The notes below the pieces were generated by a model. That model saw nothing but the letters and a program-made list of their open reading frames with translations. It searched no databases and was not told the origin of the DNA. Positions 29,901 to 39,090 of a stretch of 63,810 bases of DNA are shown piece by piece (positions within the stretch are counted from its first letter, which is position 1; each line of letters opens with the position of its first letter). The position numbers and the translations under genes are program-made. The stretch covers positions 1 through 63,810 of the forward strand of contig JAOPTX010000021.1 in the NCBI GenBank assembly GCA_051532055.1. The letters run 5' to 3'. The DNA is from Fibrobacterales bacterium. Lineage in GTDB: Bacteria > Fibrobacterota > Fibrobacteria > Fibrobacterales > JAOPTW01.

Positions 29901-31052
29901 GGTGATGCGAATCGATACAGGGAATTTTTCTTGAGCGGTTTTTGGAAGGACTATTGCAAAGGTGGTATCAGTACTTTCATGATATGAGTCAGTGCCACTT
30001 TTCCACTCCATAAGGGTAATAGTGCCATTGTTGAGAGTATCTAAGGCAGTGAATGAAATTGAGATAAGATCATTTATTGAACCCTCATTTGGAGCAGTAA
30101 CTGATAAAAGAGGTTTTGCGTTCCATGGATTAAAATTATTTACCTGAATGCTGAGGGATGTGAGGTTGAATAATTGTGTTTGAAGCCCTGTGAGGCGTTC
30201 TTGAGCATCAAAGGCTTGCGTTGTAAGCGAATAGTTGTCTCCAGGATTGAGAATATCGAGGAAGCTTGTGAAATTACCTGAAGTAGGGTCGTACTGTGCA
30301 ATGGTTGTGTCGGCCTGGATTAGATTGCCACCAGTAACAATAAAGGTTACACGGGTTACGGCATCTAGATTCTCTTTAAATGAGCCTGAAAAAGTAATGC
30401 GTTTTGTTTGGCTTGGGGTAATAGTGACAAAAGTGGTGTCTGAAACTGTGTGAAATGCGTCAATAATTGAGTACGTAAGTTGGTATGTTCCAGGGGTAGG
30501 GTAGATACAAGTCATGGATGTGATATTTTGTTGTATAGGGGCACTGTCTCTACATTTTGATGAGAACGTAATAGATGGGTCATCATCTGTCCAGACTGGG
30601 GTAATTGATACAGGGGTATTTATTGAGAGCGTAGCACTATCTTGGATAGTTATTGTAGGTACTTCATTGATTGGTTTTGCTGAAATTGAATAATCAGTAC
30701 CAGTGTGAGTGACGCCAACAGTATCTACGGTAAGTACTTCCAATTGGGTCCCTATAAGTATCCCTTGGTTGAACGCGGCATAAGTAATAGAAACCTCATT
30801 GAGGAAATAGCCTTCTAAAGGGATTGCGCTTGATGAGCCGTGAGTCGCAATAGTGTCTATGATATTGTTAGGACTGGTGATAGTGGCGAAAATAGAGTCA
30901 GTAGTGGCTCCTGCTTCAATAGTATAGTTAAGTGAGAATGTGGTAATGGCAGACGAAGACAGTTGCTCATTATCAGAATTTTGATCTTCAAATATACAAG
31001 AAGAAAAAATGAGAGTAAAAATGGTCAGTAAAATCAGTTTAAAGTGTGACAT
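26973..31052 (-). CDS. Surface lipoprotein: PKD/Ig-like base, 8 InlB-B (Flg_new) repeats, Big_2, FISUMP (Fib_succ_major) domain
   Basis: Lipobox FSSC; 8 GY.F.GW...LYA.W repeats; QVWMSENL, YGRFY, CPENWHIPS..EW, FSIRCVMD. Confidence 0.85.
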   Translation of the reverse strand: MSHFKLILLTIFTLIFSSCIFEDQNSDNEQLSSSAITTFSLNYTIEAGATTDSIFATITSPNNIIDTIATHGSSSAIPLEGYFLNEVSITYAAFNQGILIGTQLEVLTVDTVGVTHTGTDYSISAKPINEVPTITIQDSATLSINTPVSITPVWTDDDPSITFSSKCRDSAPIQQNITSMTCIYPTPGTYQLTYSIIDAFHTVSDTTFVTITPSQTKRITFSGSFKENLDAVTRVTFIVTGGNLIQADTTIAQYDPTSGNFTSFLDILNPGDNYSLTTQAFDAQERLTGLQTQLFNLTSLSIQVNNFNPWNAKPLLSVTAPNEGSINDLISISFTALDTLNNGTITLMEWKSGTDSYHESTDTTFAIVLPKTAQEKFPVSIRITDNDGNVVEQMLFIDVLIALPVISMHYDNTVKPAVDSLYLSWSGTDQYGSISRYLLQLPNDTSWTDLGTQTSTAVPTLQQAGTHIFILKAIDDDSNSVLDTLHIPHYGVTFNHNGASASVPTQIIKLNGRANAPATPAKSGYSFTGWITHDTATTYWNFLDSPITQDTLLIARWSAHENTLTFNANSSVGSMSPINATTESIVTLPAHTFTKTGYHFTGWSETQNGVATIQNEAEYSMPPNPVTLFAQWAPNLNTITFHANGAAGTMPQSGANTDSEYEIPSCSFTHNGYTFDGWALSETDDVLYANTATFTMGTTSLNLYAKWSANSSSITYNANGGSGTIPAKTALTGEHTTLPANQYSRPGYEFLGWARSTSAQTAELTEGATYIKEAGPVIFYAVWNALTQLIVFNNNGGSGSLSAMYVQTGNHISLTPNGGSVSRQGYTFEGWSTTAQGSVEYTDQAIIEVPPTNLTLFAVWSANAITITYYPNSGDGSIESQIAPAEQVSTRLNSTPFSKVGYTFSGWATTVNGPIIYTNQQDIQWPTVGSSLYAIWTAESHTVTFHKYPSTGVGGSTNGQSCDTDTQLTLRSNGYTRAGYTFTGWSLTGGSTTLAYSNDAVINCPATGNLSLYSMWTANTQAVSYNNNGGSGSIAGLTTATGASVTLNSGSAFTKNGYTLSGWALSANGVQAYTLSQGITMPASNLALYAKWTPIPVSGITINRSSFSMIMYEDAATLAATATPSNAHNRGITWSSSNTLVATITQTGVITMTGPGTTSLTATAQDGSGTTASITLTISQFRDKRGYGKTYSMVRISNQVWMSENLDFDSPIGSSRCVDSSLMNCSTYGRFYYHSGALNGDATSNANPSTTQGACPENWHIPSKLEWDELSTAVSGNAQELKSTDLWSSGAGNNNSGLNIKPHGMYHSQGGHHGNLGQANFWTSNGSPNYYLYFNTTAVIRPTSVSPSALWFSIRCVMD

Positions 31053-31085
31053 GTGTACCCCAATTGTTATGTGCCGTGTTATGAC

Positions 31086-31201
31086 GCTTACAAATTCAAT
31101 TATGTGATTTGAATGTAAAGATAGGAATCACATGGGGGGTGTCAATGTTGAGGTGATGGAGATCACATAATGGGGTTATGTGTTGTAAATAGTGCTTAAC
31201 A
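31086..31201 (-). promoter_or_regulatory. Putative promoter with CRP-like and TyrR-like boxes and TTGTAAGC
   Basis: TTGACA (31145-31140)-N16-TATCTT; GGTGA-N6-TCACA at 31152-31167; TGTAAA-N6-TTAACA at 31184-31201; GCTTACAA at 31086-31093. Confidence 0.6.
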
Positions 31202-31289
31202 TTTCTTTAGGTGTGAGATAAGGTTTGGTTGTTTGGGTTGTGCCTTTTTGGGGTACATCACTCACAACTGGGTATTGAATAAATAAAAT

Positions 31290-31317
31290 AAAAAAGGGGC
31301 TCTAATAGAGCCCCTTT
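31290..31317 (-). terminator. Intrinsic terminator of the giant adhesin gene
   Basis: AAAGGGGCTCTATTAGAGCCCCTTTTTT; near-identical to 26919-26946. Confidence 0.82.
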
Positions 31318-31342
31318 GAATTAAAACTATTATAGTCTGCAA

Positions 31343-34300
31343 TTAGTCCATTACGCAGCGAATACTGAATGCCTCTGCTAAAGGTGAAATTGAAACAATA
31401 TTTGTGGTACTGGAATTGTAAAATCTAGTTTCATAACTCGGACTTTCATTGGAACTCCATAATTCTGAGCTAGTATCACTATTCCCTTGGTATCCGCCTC
31501 TTGAATGATACATACCATTTGGAAGTAAGTTGAACCCATAGTCATCAGTTCCAGGAGATGTAGACCAGCGAGTAGTTGATTTTAATTTGTTCGCATTGTT
31601 GTTAACAAATGTAAATAGTTGTTCCCATTCAGATTTACTGGGTATGTGCCAATGGTCTGGACAGGCACCTTGAGTAGTACTTGGATTAGCGCTACTCGCT
31701 TGGTCACCATTTAAAGCTCCAGAAAACCAGTAGAATCGACCATATTCTTCTTCGCAGTTATAATCTGAACCGTCTCGACATATGGAAGAGCCCGTGGTAG
31801 GATTATATGTTAAGTTGCTAGCCATCCATACTTGATCACCTATTCTTACCATTTTGTATAGGAGGTTAAATTCCCTATTGTCTTTAAATTGAGATACTGT
31901 AATTGTTATAGACGCTGACACGCCACTATCGTCATCAGCTGTTGCAGAAATAGTTGTTACACCTGGACCAGTTACTGTAATAATTCCACTTGTAATAGTT
32001 GCAACATTCGGTGCACTTGAGTTCCAAGTAAAATCTGTATTGTGGGCATGTGTTGGGTAAGCTATGGCAGATAGTGTGCTTGTGTCTCGATACATTATCA
32101 TTGAGAAACTAGTTCTATTAATAATAATACTCGTTACTTTTATTTCCGCCCACTTGGCGTAGAGAATCAAATTGTTTGCTGGCATAGTAATAGCTTGTGA
32201 TAATGTATAGGCAATAGCGCCATTTGCTGATGTTGCCCAACCAGAAAGAGCATAGCCGCTTTTCGTGAAAGTAGATCCTGAATTTAGTGTTACAGAAGCC
32301 CCTGTTGTCGTTGTTAAACTCGAAATGGAGCCGCTGCCCCCATTACTATTATAGGTTATAGTTTGAGTATTTGCAGACCACATAGAATACAGACTCAAAG
32401 TTCCTGTAGTAGGGCAGTTAATAACAGCGCCATTGGAGTATGCCACAGTGGTTCCCCCACTTGCGAGAGACCACCCAGAGAATGTATATCCAACTCTGGT
32501 ATACCCATTGGAGCTAAGAGTCAGTTGTGTACCTGTATTACATGACTGAGCGTTTGTAGCGCCTCCAACACCCGTTGTTGGGTACTTATTGAACGTAACT
32601 GCATGACTTTGGGCGTTCCACACTGCATAGAGAGTAATTGTCGCTGTAGGCCAGGTGATTGTTGCCCCATTTTGATGTGTGACTGTACCACCTTGAGTTG
32701 TTGCCCAGCCAGAAAAGGTGTACCCTGATCTGCTGAATGGAGTTGTTTTGAGTGCTGTTGCTTGGTCGGCAGTACTGGTTTGAGTTTGATCAGGGCTTCC
32801 TGCTCCATCTGAATTTAATCGAATAGTGATAGAAGCGGCATCCCAAATAGCATAGAGCGCCCGCGGAGCTGTAGGCCAAGTAATTTCATCACCGGTCTGA
32901 TAATCCGCTGTTCCATTTGTTGTCCATGACCAACCACTTAATGTGTAACCAGTGCGAGTAATAGTATGGTTTGGAGCAAGTGCAGTTTGAGAGCCTGCCA
33001 GGGCACTTTGAGTTGCAGAACCACTACCGAGGTTGGGAAGGAATTGTAATGCAATAGTGTTTGGCGTCCAGACTGCATAGAGAGTTGTAGCAGAGGTAGG
33101 CCAAGTTATTTCTTGGCCACCTATGAAGTCCGCTGTTTGTGCTGTTGTAGAATAAGCCCAGCCGCCAAATTGATATCCCGTTCTAGAAAAGGTATTAGGA
33201 ATAATTGAAATTCGACTATCAGCAGTGCCTGTTTGTGTACGGTTATTTCCTAAGCCACCATTAGCATTGAGAGTAATATCAATACTACCAGCGGTCCACA
33301 CAGCATAGAGCGTTGTTGTGTGGGTGGGCCATTGGATCTCGGCTGTATTAAGATAGTCTACTGAGCCTCCGCGTGATAAAGACCATCCAGAGAACGTATA
33401 GCCTGTTTTAGCAAATGTATGAGAGTCAAGTTTTGTATCGCTGTCAGCAAGTGCAGATTGTGAAAACACCGTTCCAGAACCAGAATGTGGGTTAAAGTGG
33501 ATAGTAACGAGGCTCTGTGTCCATTTGGCAAATAAGGTGAATTGTGTTGTCGGCCAAGTAATTTCCTGTTGCTCAGCATACTGAACTGATCCATTGGCAC
33601 TTGTAGACCACCCTTGAAAAGCATATCCCTCTTTGGTAAAAGAGTTTGACTGGATATTTTTTTGTTGATCTGCTGTACCTTGTTGGGTGGACACATCACC
33701 ACTACCATTATTGGCTTCAAAGCGTATCGGTACTAGCCCGGCACCCCAGACCGCATAGAGACTCAAATCTGTTGTAGGCCAGGTGATTGTTTCCTCATCA
33801 GTGTACTCAACAGCTCCTCCTTGGCTCAAGGCCCATCCTGCGAGGCTATAGCCTGCTTTGGTAAAAGAATTAGATTGTAGGGCGACGTCTGAATCGGCAG
33901 CTTCTGTTTGCGTTCTGTCGGTTCCTACGCCACTATTTGCGTTGTAGGTAATGATGGTATTCCCCGCAGACCATTGTGCATAGAGGGTTGTATTAACCGT
34001 AGGCCACACTATTGATGCTCCAGGACTAAATTCAACTGAACCATTGAGTGTTAAAGACCATCCAATAAAGGTGTATCCTTGTTTGGAAAACGGATGAGTA
34101 TCTAATGTAGTCTGTGATTCTGCTAAAGCATTTTGAGAGGTATTTGCTCCGAGTCCTGCACCTGAATTGTAGGTAATAAGAATAGAGTTTTGTGACCAGA
34201 TTGCTTTTAGGTTGAGTCCACCAGCTGAGATAGTCACTCGAGCTCTGGAATTGTATTGAATACCACTAATCACTTCTTCCCATTTTACAAAAGTAAATCC

Positions 34301-37300
34301 TTCACGGGTAAAGGTGTGAGGAGGTAAAGAAAAGCTAGCGCCAGTTTCAGTTACTATATCAGCCATAGATCCCGATCCACCATTTGCAGTAAAGGTAACC
34401 GATTGCTCTACAGGTGTCCAAAGAGCATAGAATGTTTTATCTGCTGGTCCCATTATATACGTTTCACCAGGGTTATACTCTACCGATGTAGCGGTAGGGT
34501 ACGATGCCCAGCCTTTGAAAGTATAGCCACTTCGTGCTATATTGCCTTTTGGTGGCATAGGGTTAGGGTCATCGGTTGATGCAATTATTGATGAAACAGA
34601 TCCGGTACCCTGATTACTATTGAAACTAAGAGTATGGGATTGAGCTTCCCATTTGGCCCAGAGATTAATGTCGGTAATACCAACTGAAAGCTGATCTCCG
34701 GTATTGTATTCTACAGGCCCTTGGCTTGAAGTAGCCCAGCCTCTATAGGTATATCCATCTCTGACATAATCACAAGTGGGAACCGTAAATGAGGAATTCG
34801 ACGCTGCAGAGCTCGATGGCATGGTGCCACTCCCGCCATTTTCATGATACGTAATAGTATTCATATCTGCCTTCCATCGGGCAAATAATTCGAGGTCTTC
34901 TGCGGGCATGGTGATCTGCTGCTTATCTTGATAAGCGAGTGATCCATTGAGTGAAATGGACCAGCCATCAAAGAGATAGCCATCTTTTTCAAAGAGATTG
35001 GTAGAGAGTGATAGCGGGTGAGAAGTATAGGCTCTTTGCTCAGGCATAGTGCCACTCGTATTATCATTGCCATTGAATTCTACTGAGTTCTCGATTGCAC
35101 TCCAGACGCTATACAGTGTAAAGCTTTGAGCGCGGATTGAAATTTGAGCACCATCATTGTGATCAACATTTCCGCCTGAAGTTTCTGACCAGCCTGAAAA
35201 AGTGTATCCAGTTCGGCTAAAGGTACTGAGAGGGATCGTTACCACGTCATCGGTATTACCAGTTATTGAGGTCATTGACCCACTACCACCACCACTATTA
35301 AAGTCGATTGCATTTTCATTAGCACCCCATTGGGCATAGAGGTTAAGGTTGCTGTGTCCAAAATCAAAGTCAGCATTATCATCGTACACAACTTGACCTT
35401 GTGAGCTTGTTGACCATCCAAGGAAACGGTACCCGCTTTTAGTGAATATATTACCATCAAGTGCAATGTATTCGTCTGAAAGTACTGTTCTATCACTCAT
35501 TGAACCATTGGTAGCACCATTTCTATAGTATTTGAGTGTGTGTTGTTTCGGGCTCCAAAGAGCATAGAGTGAAACATCTTTAGCTTCCATGGTAAATAGT
35601 TCACCATCAGTTTTACTTATATTTCCTTTAGGGCTGAGCGACCAGCCTGCAAAAGTATAGCCATCTTTTTCAAAAAGGTTGGGAGAGAGTGAAGATGTTT
35701 GGTTCATTAATAGTGCTTGTTGATTCATTGCGTTCTGACCAGAATTAGCTTCAAACGTAATTCTATAAGTGTTAGGGTTCCATTGAGCCCAGAGTGTTAC
35801 ATTAGATGTTGGCATAGTAATTGAAGCCTCATCATCAAACTCAATAGCGCCTTGTGCAGACCGTGCCCATCCAGCAAATGAGTGGCCGGATAACGTAAAC
35901 TCATTGTTTTTTAGGGTCACCTGTGCGTCTGATACAGCCTTCTGTGGAAGCATACTATTGGTGCCACCATTCGGATTAAAGTAGATGTTGTTTGTTGTTG
36001 GCGTCCAGGTCGCATAGAGAGCAATATTTTGAGTCCCCACCTGAATGTCATCTTCATCAGAATAGAGTGCTGTGCCGTTTTTGCTCGTTGCCCATCCATC
36101 AAAGCGATAGCCTACTTTAGTGAAAGTATTTGTAGGGAGTACGGCAATATGGTCTGAGAGAACGTTCAGTGAAGGCATTAATTCTGAACCACCATTTGCG
36201 TTAAAGCTAATAGTATTTGCAGTTGCGCTCCACACTGCGAAAAGAACAGTATTTGATATGCCCATTGTAAAATTTGTGGCGCCATCAGAATATATGACTG
36301 AGCCATTTTGAGTAGTAGCCCAACCCAAAAATGCATACCCTGCTCGAGTAAATCTGTTTGGATTCAGTGTGATTGTTTCATCTGATGATGCGTATTGAGT
36401 ATCCATAGTGCCATGAGTAGCTCCGTTTCCGTCAAAATCGAGGCTATTTTCATTTGGCTGCCAAACAGCATAGAGAGTAATGCCATTAGGATCCATTGTG
36501 TAATCAGCTTCATTAGTTAGGGATACGGCACCGGTTGGCGTAACTGCCCAACCCGTAAAGTGGTATCCTGCTTTAACAAAAGCACTGACTGGTAGCGTAA
36601 CTACATCGCCTGTGGCAGCAGTGACCGGTTGCATGGTACCTGCTCCACCGTTTTCATTAAAAACGACAGTATTATTAAGAGGTTGCCAAATTGCATAGAT
36701 TGTTTGTGTAGCGACACCCATGGTAAATTCTGCAGCGTTATTATAAATAACACTTCCTGTAGGCTCAGTTGACCAACCGAGAAATGCATATCCCGCTTTT
36801 GCAAAAACATTAGATGGAATTGAAATAGTGCTATCAGTTGGTATCTCCAATGCGCCCATGATACCACTTCCGGTATTGGGGCTAAAGATAAGACGGTTTC
36901 TGTTAGGCATCCACGTAGCATAGAGGGTTGCACCCGTTGTTCCCATTGTGTAAGGGGTGTTATTTGCAATAGTGTATGCATCGGTGGCAGAAATGGCCCA
37001 TCCAGTAAAGTGATATCCTGCTTTAGTAAAGGTGTTTGGAGGGAGTGTTGTTGTTGAACCTGTTGATGTTTCAATAGAGCTCATAGTTCCTGTTCCACTA
37101 TTGGGATCAAATTGAATAGTGTTGTTAATAGGATTCCATTTGGCAAAAACTACAGTATCTTGTGAAAGGTGATCGGCAGTGAAATTCCATTCTGTAGCCG
37201 TATTAGATTCTTTGTACCATCCACCAAAGGCATATCCCTGTTTGGTCGGTGCTGTTGAAGGTTCAGGTATGATTCCCCCCTGCTTTACCATTTGATCAGT

Positions 37301-38821
37301 AAAAATTCCATCCCCGCCATTAAGGTTATAAGAGGCTAAGTAGTGTGAAACGGTTATGGTGTCAGAGACTGTGTTATGGTCATCATCTATAGCTTGTAGA
37401 ATATACTTGAATGAGCCTGTTGTGTAATTAAAGGCTAATGATCCCGTTGTTTCTGTGTTAAAAAGAGTCCAGGTTGTGTCTGATTCTTCTTTAAGTGAGT
37501 AAGAGGTGATTGATCCAAATTGATCCGTGCCACTCCAAGTGAAAAAGAGGGAGTCGATTTCAGGGGATGTTGCTTCTGAATAAGTGAGTGAGACGACTGG
37601 TGCATCTTGAAGAATAGTAACCAGGGTGGTTGACTCAACAATGTTGCCATCATTATCAGTCACTTTAATTGTTACGGGGTAGTTGCTTTGTGCTGTACTT
37701 GGAAGTTGTAGTGAAAGGGTGGGCGAAGATGTTTCAATATAATCACCGGTGCCATGCTTCCATTCAGTAAGAGTGATGGAGCCTTGGTTGAGTGAATCAC
37801 CAGAGTTAAAATACAGAGGAATAATGTCGTGTATAGATGCATTGGGAAGGGGGGTAATGGAAATCCATGGCTTGGCATTCCAGGCATCAATTGGAGGTAC
37901 TGTTATGTTGAGAGATTGCAAGGTAAATGATTGTGTTGCTATTCCTGTAAGGCGCTCTTTTGCATCAAAGGCATTCATCTCAATAGCATAGTTTTGGCCT
38001 GGTCTACGAATATCAAAAAAGCCTTTGTAGGTGCTGTTAGCAATGTCATAGCTGATAGGGACATTTGTTGGAGCAAGGAGGCTGTCTCCTGTGATAATAA
38101 TTGAGACACTATCGATAGATCCTCCGTTGGCAGAAAAAGAGCCAGAGAAGTTAACGCGCTTTGTTGGGTCGGGGTATGCTATAACAGTAGTTGTTGCTAA
38201 GCTACTATGAAACGCATCGGTTACCGTAAAGGTGGCGCTGTATGTTCCGGGAGAAGAATAAGAACATTCGAAGCTTGTAGAAGATGCTGCTGAAGGAGTA
38301 GCTGTTTCACTACAGAGAGAGGAGAATGTTACTGCAGCATCATCATCACTCCATGTAGGAGTGAGTGTTGCAGCGTCCCCAACCATTACTTTCAGAGTAT
38401 CTGGGAGCGATACTATTGGCTTGAGATTTACAGGCTTTGCATCTAAAGTATAATGAGTCCCTACTGGAGTAAGGCTGGCTGTGTCAACCACAAAGGTTTC
38501 AACCTGTTTGCCTATATAGGTGTGTGCAGTATACAGCTGATACTCAATGGAAATAGATTGACCCAAAAATTGTTCAATAGCAATGTGCTGTTGATTGGAT
38601 TTGACCTTTAGGGTATCACTCGTTGTTCCGGTAGTAGTAATAGAAACTATTGAGTCGGCATTGGTGTTCATCGACTGTGTTTCAATGATGTATGCAAGGG
38701 TAAATGAAGAGTTTTGTGAAGATGATGCTGAGTCTTCTGCTTTTTCTGGATCATCAAATATACATGATGTCGAAAGGAGAGCCATCATGGCTAATATAGT
38801 AAAAAGAATATATCGAAACAT
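31343..38821 (-). CDS. Giant surface lipoprotein (~2490 aa): PKD/Ig-like base, 23 InlB-B repeats, Big_2, FISUMP domain
   Basis: Start reassigned to MFRYIL (AGGAG RBS), lipobox-like STSC; 23 G(Y/H/F)...W repeats counted; QVWMASNL...FSIRCVMD. Confidence 0.85.
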   Translation of the reverse strand: MFRYILFTILAMMALLSTSCIFDDPEKAEDSASSSQNSSFTLAYIIETQSMNTNADSIVSITTTGTTSDTLKVKSNQQHIAIEQFLGQSISIEYQLYTAHTYIGKQVETFVVDTASLTPVGTHYTLDAKPVNLKPIVSLPDTLKVMVGDAATLTPTWSDDDAAVTFSSLCSETATPSAASSTSFECSYSSPGTYSATFTVTDAFHSSLATTTVIAYPDPTKRVNFSGSFSANGGSIDSVSIIITGDSLLAPTNVPISYDIANSTYKGFFDIRRPGQNYAIEMNAFDAKERLTGIATQSFTLQSLNITVPPIDAWNAKPWISITPLPNASIHDIIPLYFNSGDSLNQGSITLTEWKHGTGDYIETSSPTLSLQLPSTAQSNYPVTIKVTDNDGNIVESTTLVTILQDAPVVSLTYSEATSPEIDSLFFTWSGTDQFGSITSYSLKEESDTTWTLFNTETTGSLAFNYTTGSFKYILQAIDDDHNTVSDTITVSHYLASYNLNGGDGIFTDQMVKQGGIIPEPSTAPTKQGYAFGGWYKESNTATEWNFTADHLSQDTVVFAKWNPINNTIQFDPNSGTGTMSSIETSTGSTTTLPPNTFTKAGYHFTGWAISATDAYTIANNTPYTMGTTGATLYATWMPNRNRLIFSPNTGSGIMGALEIPTDSTISIPSNVFAKAGYAFLGWSTEPTGSVIYNNAAEFTMGVATQTIYAIWQPLNNTVVFNENGGAGTMQPVTAATGDVVTLPVSAFVKAGYHFTGWAVTPTGAVSLTNEADYTMDPNGITLYAVWQPNENSLDFDGNGATHGTMDTQYASSDETITLNPNRFTRAGYAFLGWATTQNGSVIYSDGATNFTMGISNTVLFAVWSATANTISFNANGGSELMPSLNVLSDHIAVLPTNTFTKVGYRFDGWATSKNGTALYSDEDDIQVGTQNIALYATWTPTTNNIYFNPNGGTNSMLPQKAVSDAQVTLKNNEFTLSGHSFAGWARSAQGAIEFDDEASITMPTSNVTLWAQWNPNTYRITFEANSGQNAMNQQALLMNQTSSLSPNLFEKDGYTFAGWSLSPKGNISKTDGELFTMEAKDVSLYALWSPKQHTLKYYRNGATNGSMSDRTVLSDEYIALDGNIFTKSGYRFLGWSTSSQGQVVYDDNADFDFGHSNLNLYAQWGANENAIDFNSGGGSGSMTSITGNTDDVVTIPLSTFSRTGYTFSGWSETSGGNVDHNDGAQISIRAQSFTLYSVWSAIENSVEFNGNDNTSGTMPEQRAYTSHPLSLSTNLFEKDGYLFDGWSISLNGSLAYQDKQQITMPAEDLELFARWKADMNTITYHENGGSGTMPSSSAASNSSFTVPTCDYVRDGYTYRGWATSSQGPVEYNTGDQLSVGITDINLWAKWEAQSHTLSFNSNQGTGSVSSIIASTDDPNPMPPKGNIARSGYTFKGWASYPTATSVEYNPGETYIMGPADKTFYALWTPVEQSVTFTANGGSGSMADIVTETGASFSLPPHTFTREGFTFVKWEEVISGIQYNSRARVTISAGGLNLKAIWSQNSILITYNSGAGLGANTSQNALAESQTTLDTHPFSKQGYTFIGWSLTLNGSVEFSPGASIVWPTVNTTLYAQWSAGNTIITYNANSGVGTDRTQTEAADSDVALQSNSFTKAGYSLAGWALSQGGAVEYTDEETITWPTTDLSLYAVWGAGLVPIRFEANNGSGDVSTQQGTADQQKNIQSNSFTKEGYAFQGWSTSANGSVQYAEQQEITWPTTQFTLFAKWTQSLVTIHFNPHSGSGTVFSQSALADSDTKLDSHTFAKTGYTFSGWSLSRGGSVDYLNTAEIQWPTHTTTLYAVWTAGSIDITLNANGGLGNNRTQTGTADSRISIIPNTFSRTGYQFGGWAYSTTAQTADFIGGQEITWPTSATTLYAVWTPNTIALQFLPNLGSGSATQSALAGSQTALAPNHTITRTGYTLSGWSWTTNGTADYQTGDEITWPTAPRALYAIWDAASITIRLNSDGAGSPDQTQTSTADQATALKTTPFSRSGYTFSGWATTQGGTVTHQNGATITWPTATITLYAVWNAQSHAVTFNKYPTTGVGGATNAQSCNTGTQLTLSSNGYTRVGYTFSGWSLASGGTTVAYSNGAVINCPTTGTLSLYSMWSANTQTITYNSNGGSGSISSLTTTTGASVTLNSGSTFTKSGYALSGWATSANGAIAYTLSQAITMPANNLILYAKWAEIKVTSIIINRTSFSMIMYRDTSTLSAIAYPTHAHNTDFTWNSSAPNVATITSGIITVTGPGVTTISATADDDSGVSASITITVSQFKDNREFNLLYKMVRIGDQVWMASNLTYNPTTGSSICRDGSDYNCEEEYGRFYWFSGALNGDQASSANPSTTQGACPDHWHIPSKSEWEQLFTFVNNNANKLKSTTRWSTSPGTDDYGFNLLPNGMYHSRGGYQGNSDTSSELWSSNESPSYETRFYNSSTTNIVSISPLAEAFSIRCVMD

Positions 38822-38863
38822 ATTACTCCTGTTTGTTAGTGTGTGTTTTAAAGTCCCAATTGT

Positions 38864-38988
38864 GCTTACAATGCATAGAGAATATTCAGGGTTAAATGTA
38901 GCAAGGGCTCGATGAGTGTCAATTGGAATATTGGTGTATGTGAAAATGCTCACATTGGTGAACAGTTGTTTGTAAATAATCGTTTACA
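38864..38988 (-). promoter_or_regulatory. Putative promoter with perfect CRP-like and TyrR-like boxes
   Basis: TTGACA (38922-38917)-N16-TACATT; TGTGA-AAATGC-TCACA at 38939-38954; TGTAAA-TAATCG-TTTACA at 38971-38988; GCTTACAA at 38864-38871. Confidence 0.7.
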
Positions 38989-39036
38989 TTGATGCTGATA
39001 TTAAAAAAGTGGTGTATACAAATGGTGCCAAAAAAG

Positions 39037-39063
39037 AAAAGCCACCTCGAACGAGGTGGCTTT
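39037..39063 (-). terminator. Intrinsic terminator of 667-aa gene
   Basis: AAAAGCCACCTCG-AA-CGAGGTGGCTTT. Confidence 0.8.
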
Positions 39064-39090
39064 GAGATGTTTTTTAGTTAATTTAGATTG

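Noticed and set aside
38822..38953. N-terminal 44-aa extension of the giant adhesin
   Set aside because: Overlaps the promoter boxes; RBS and signal peptide indicate ATG 38821
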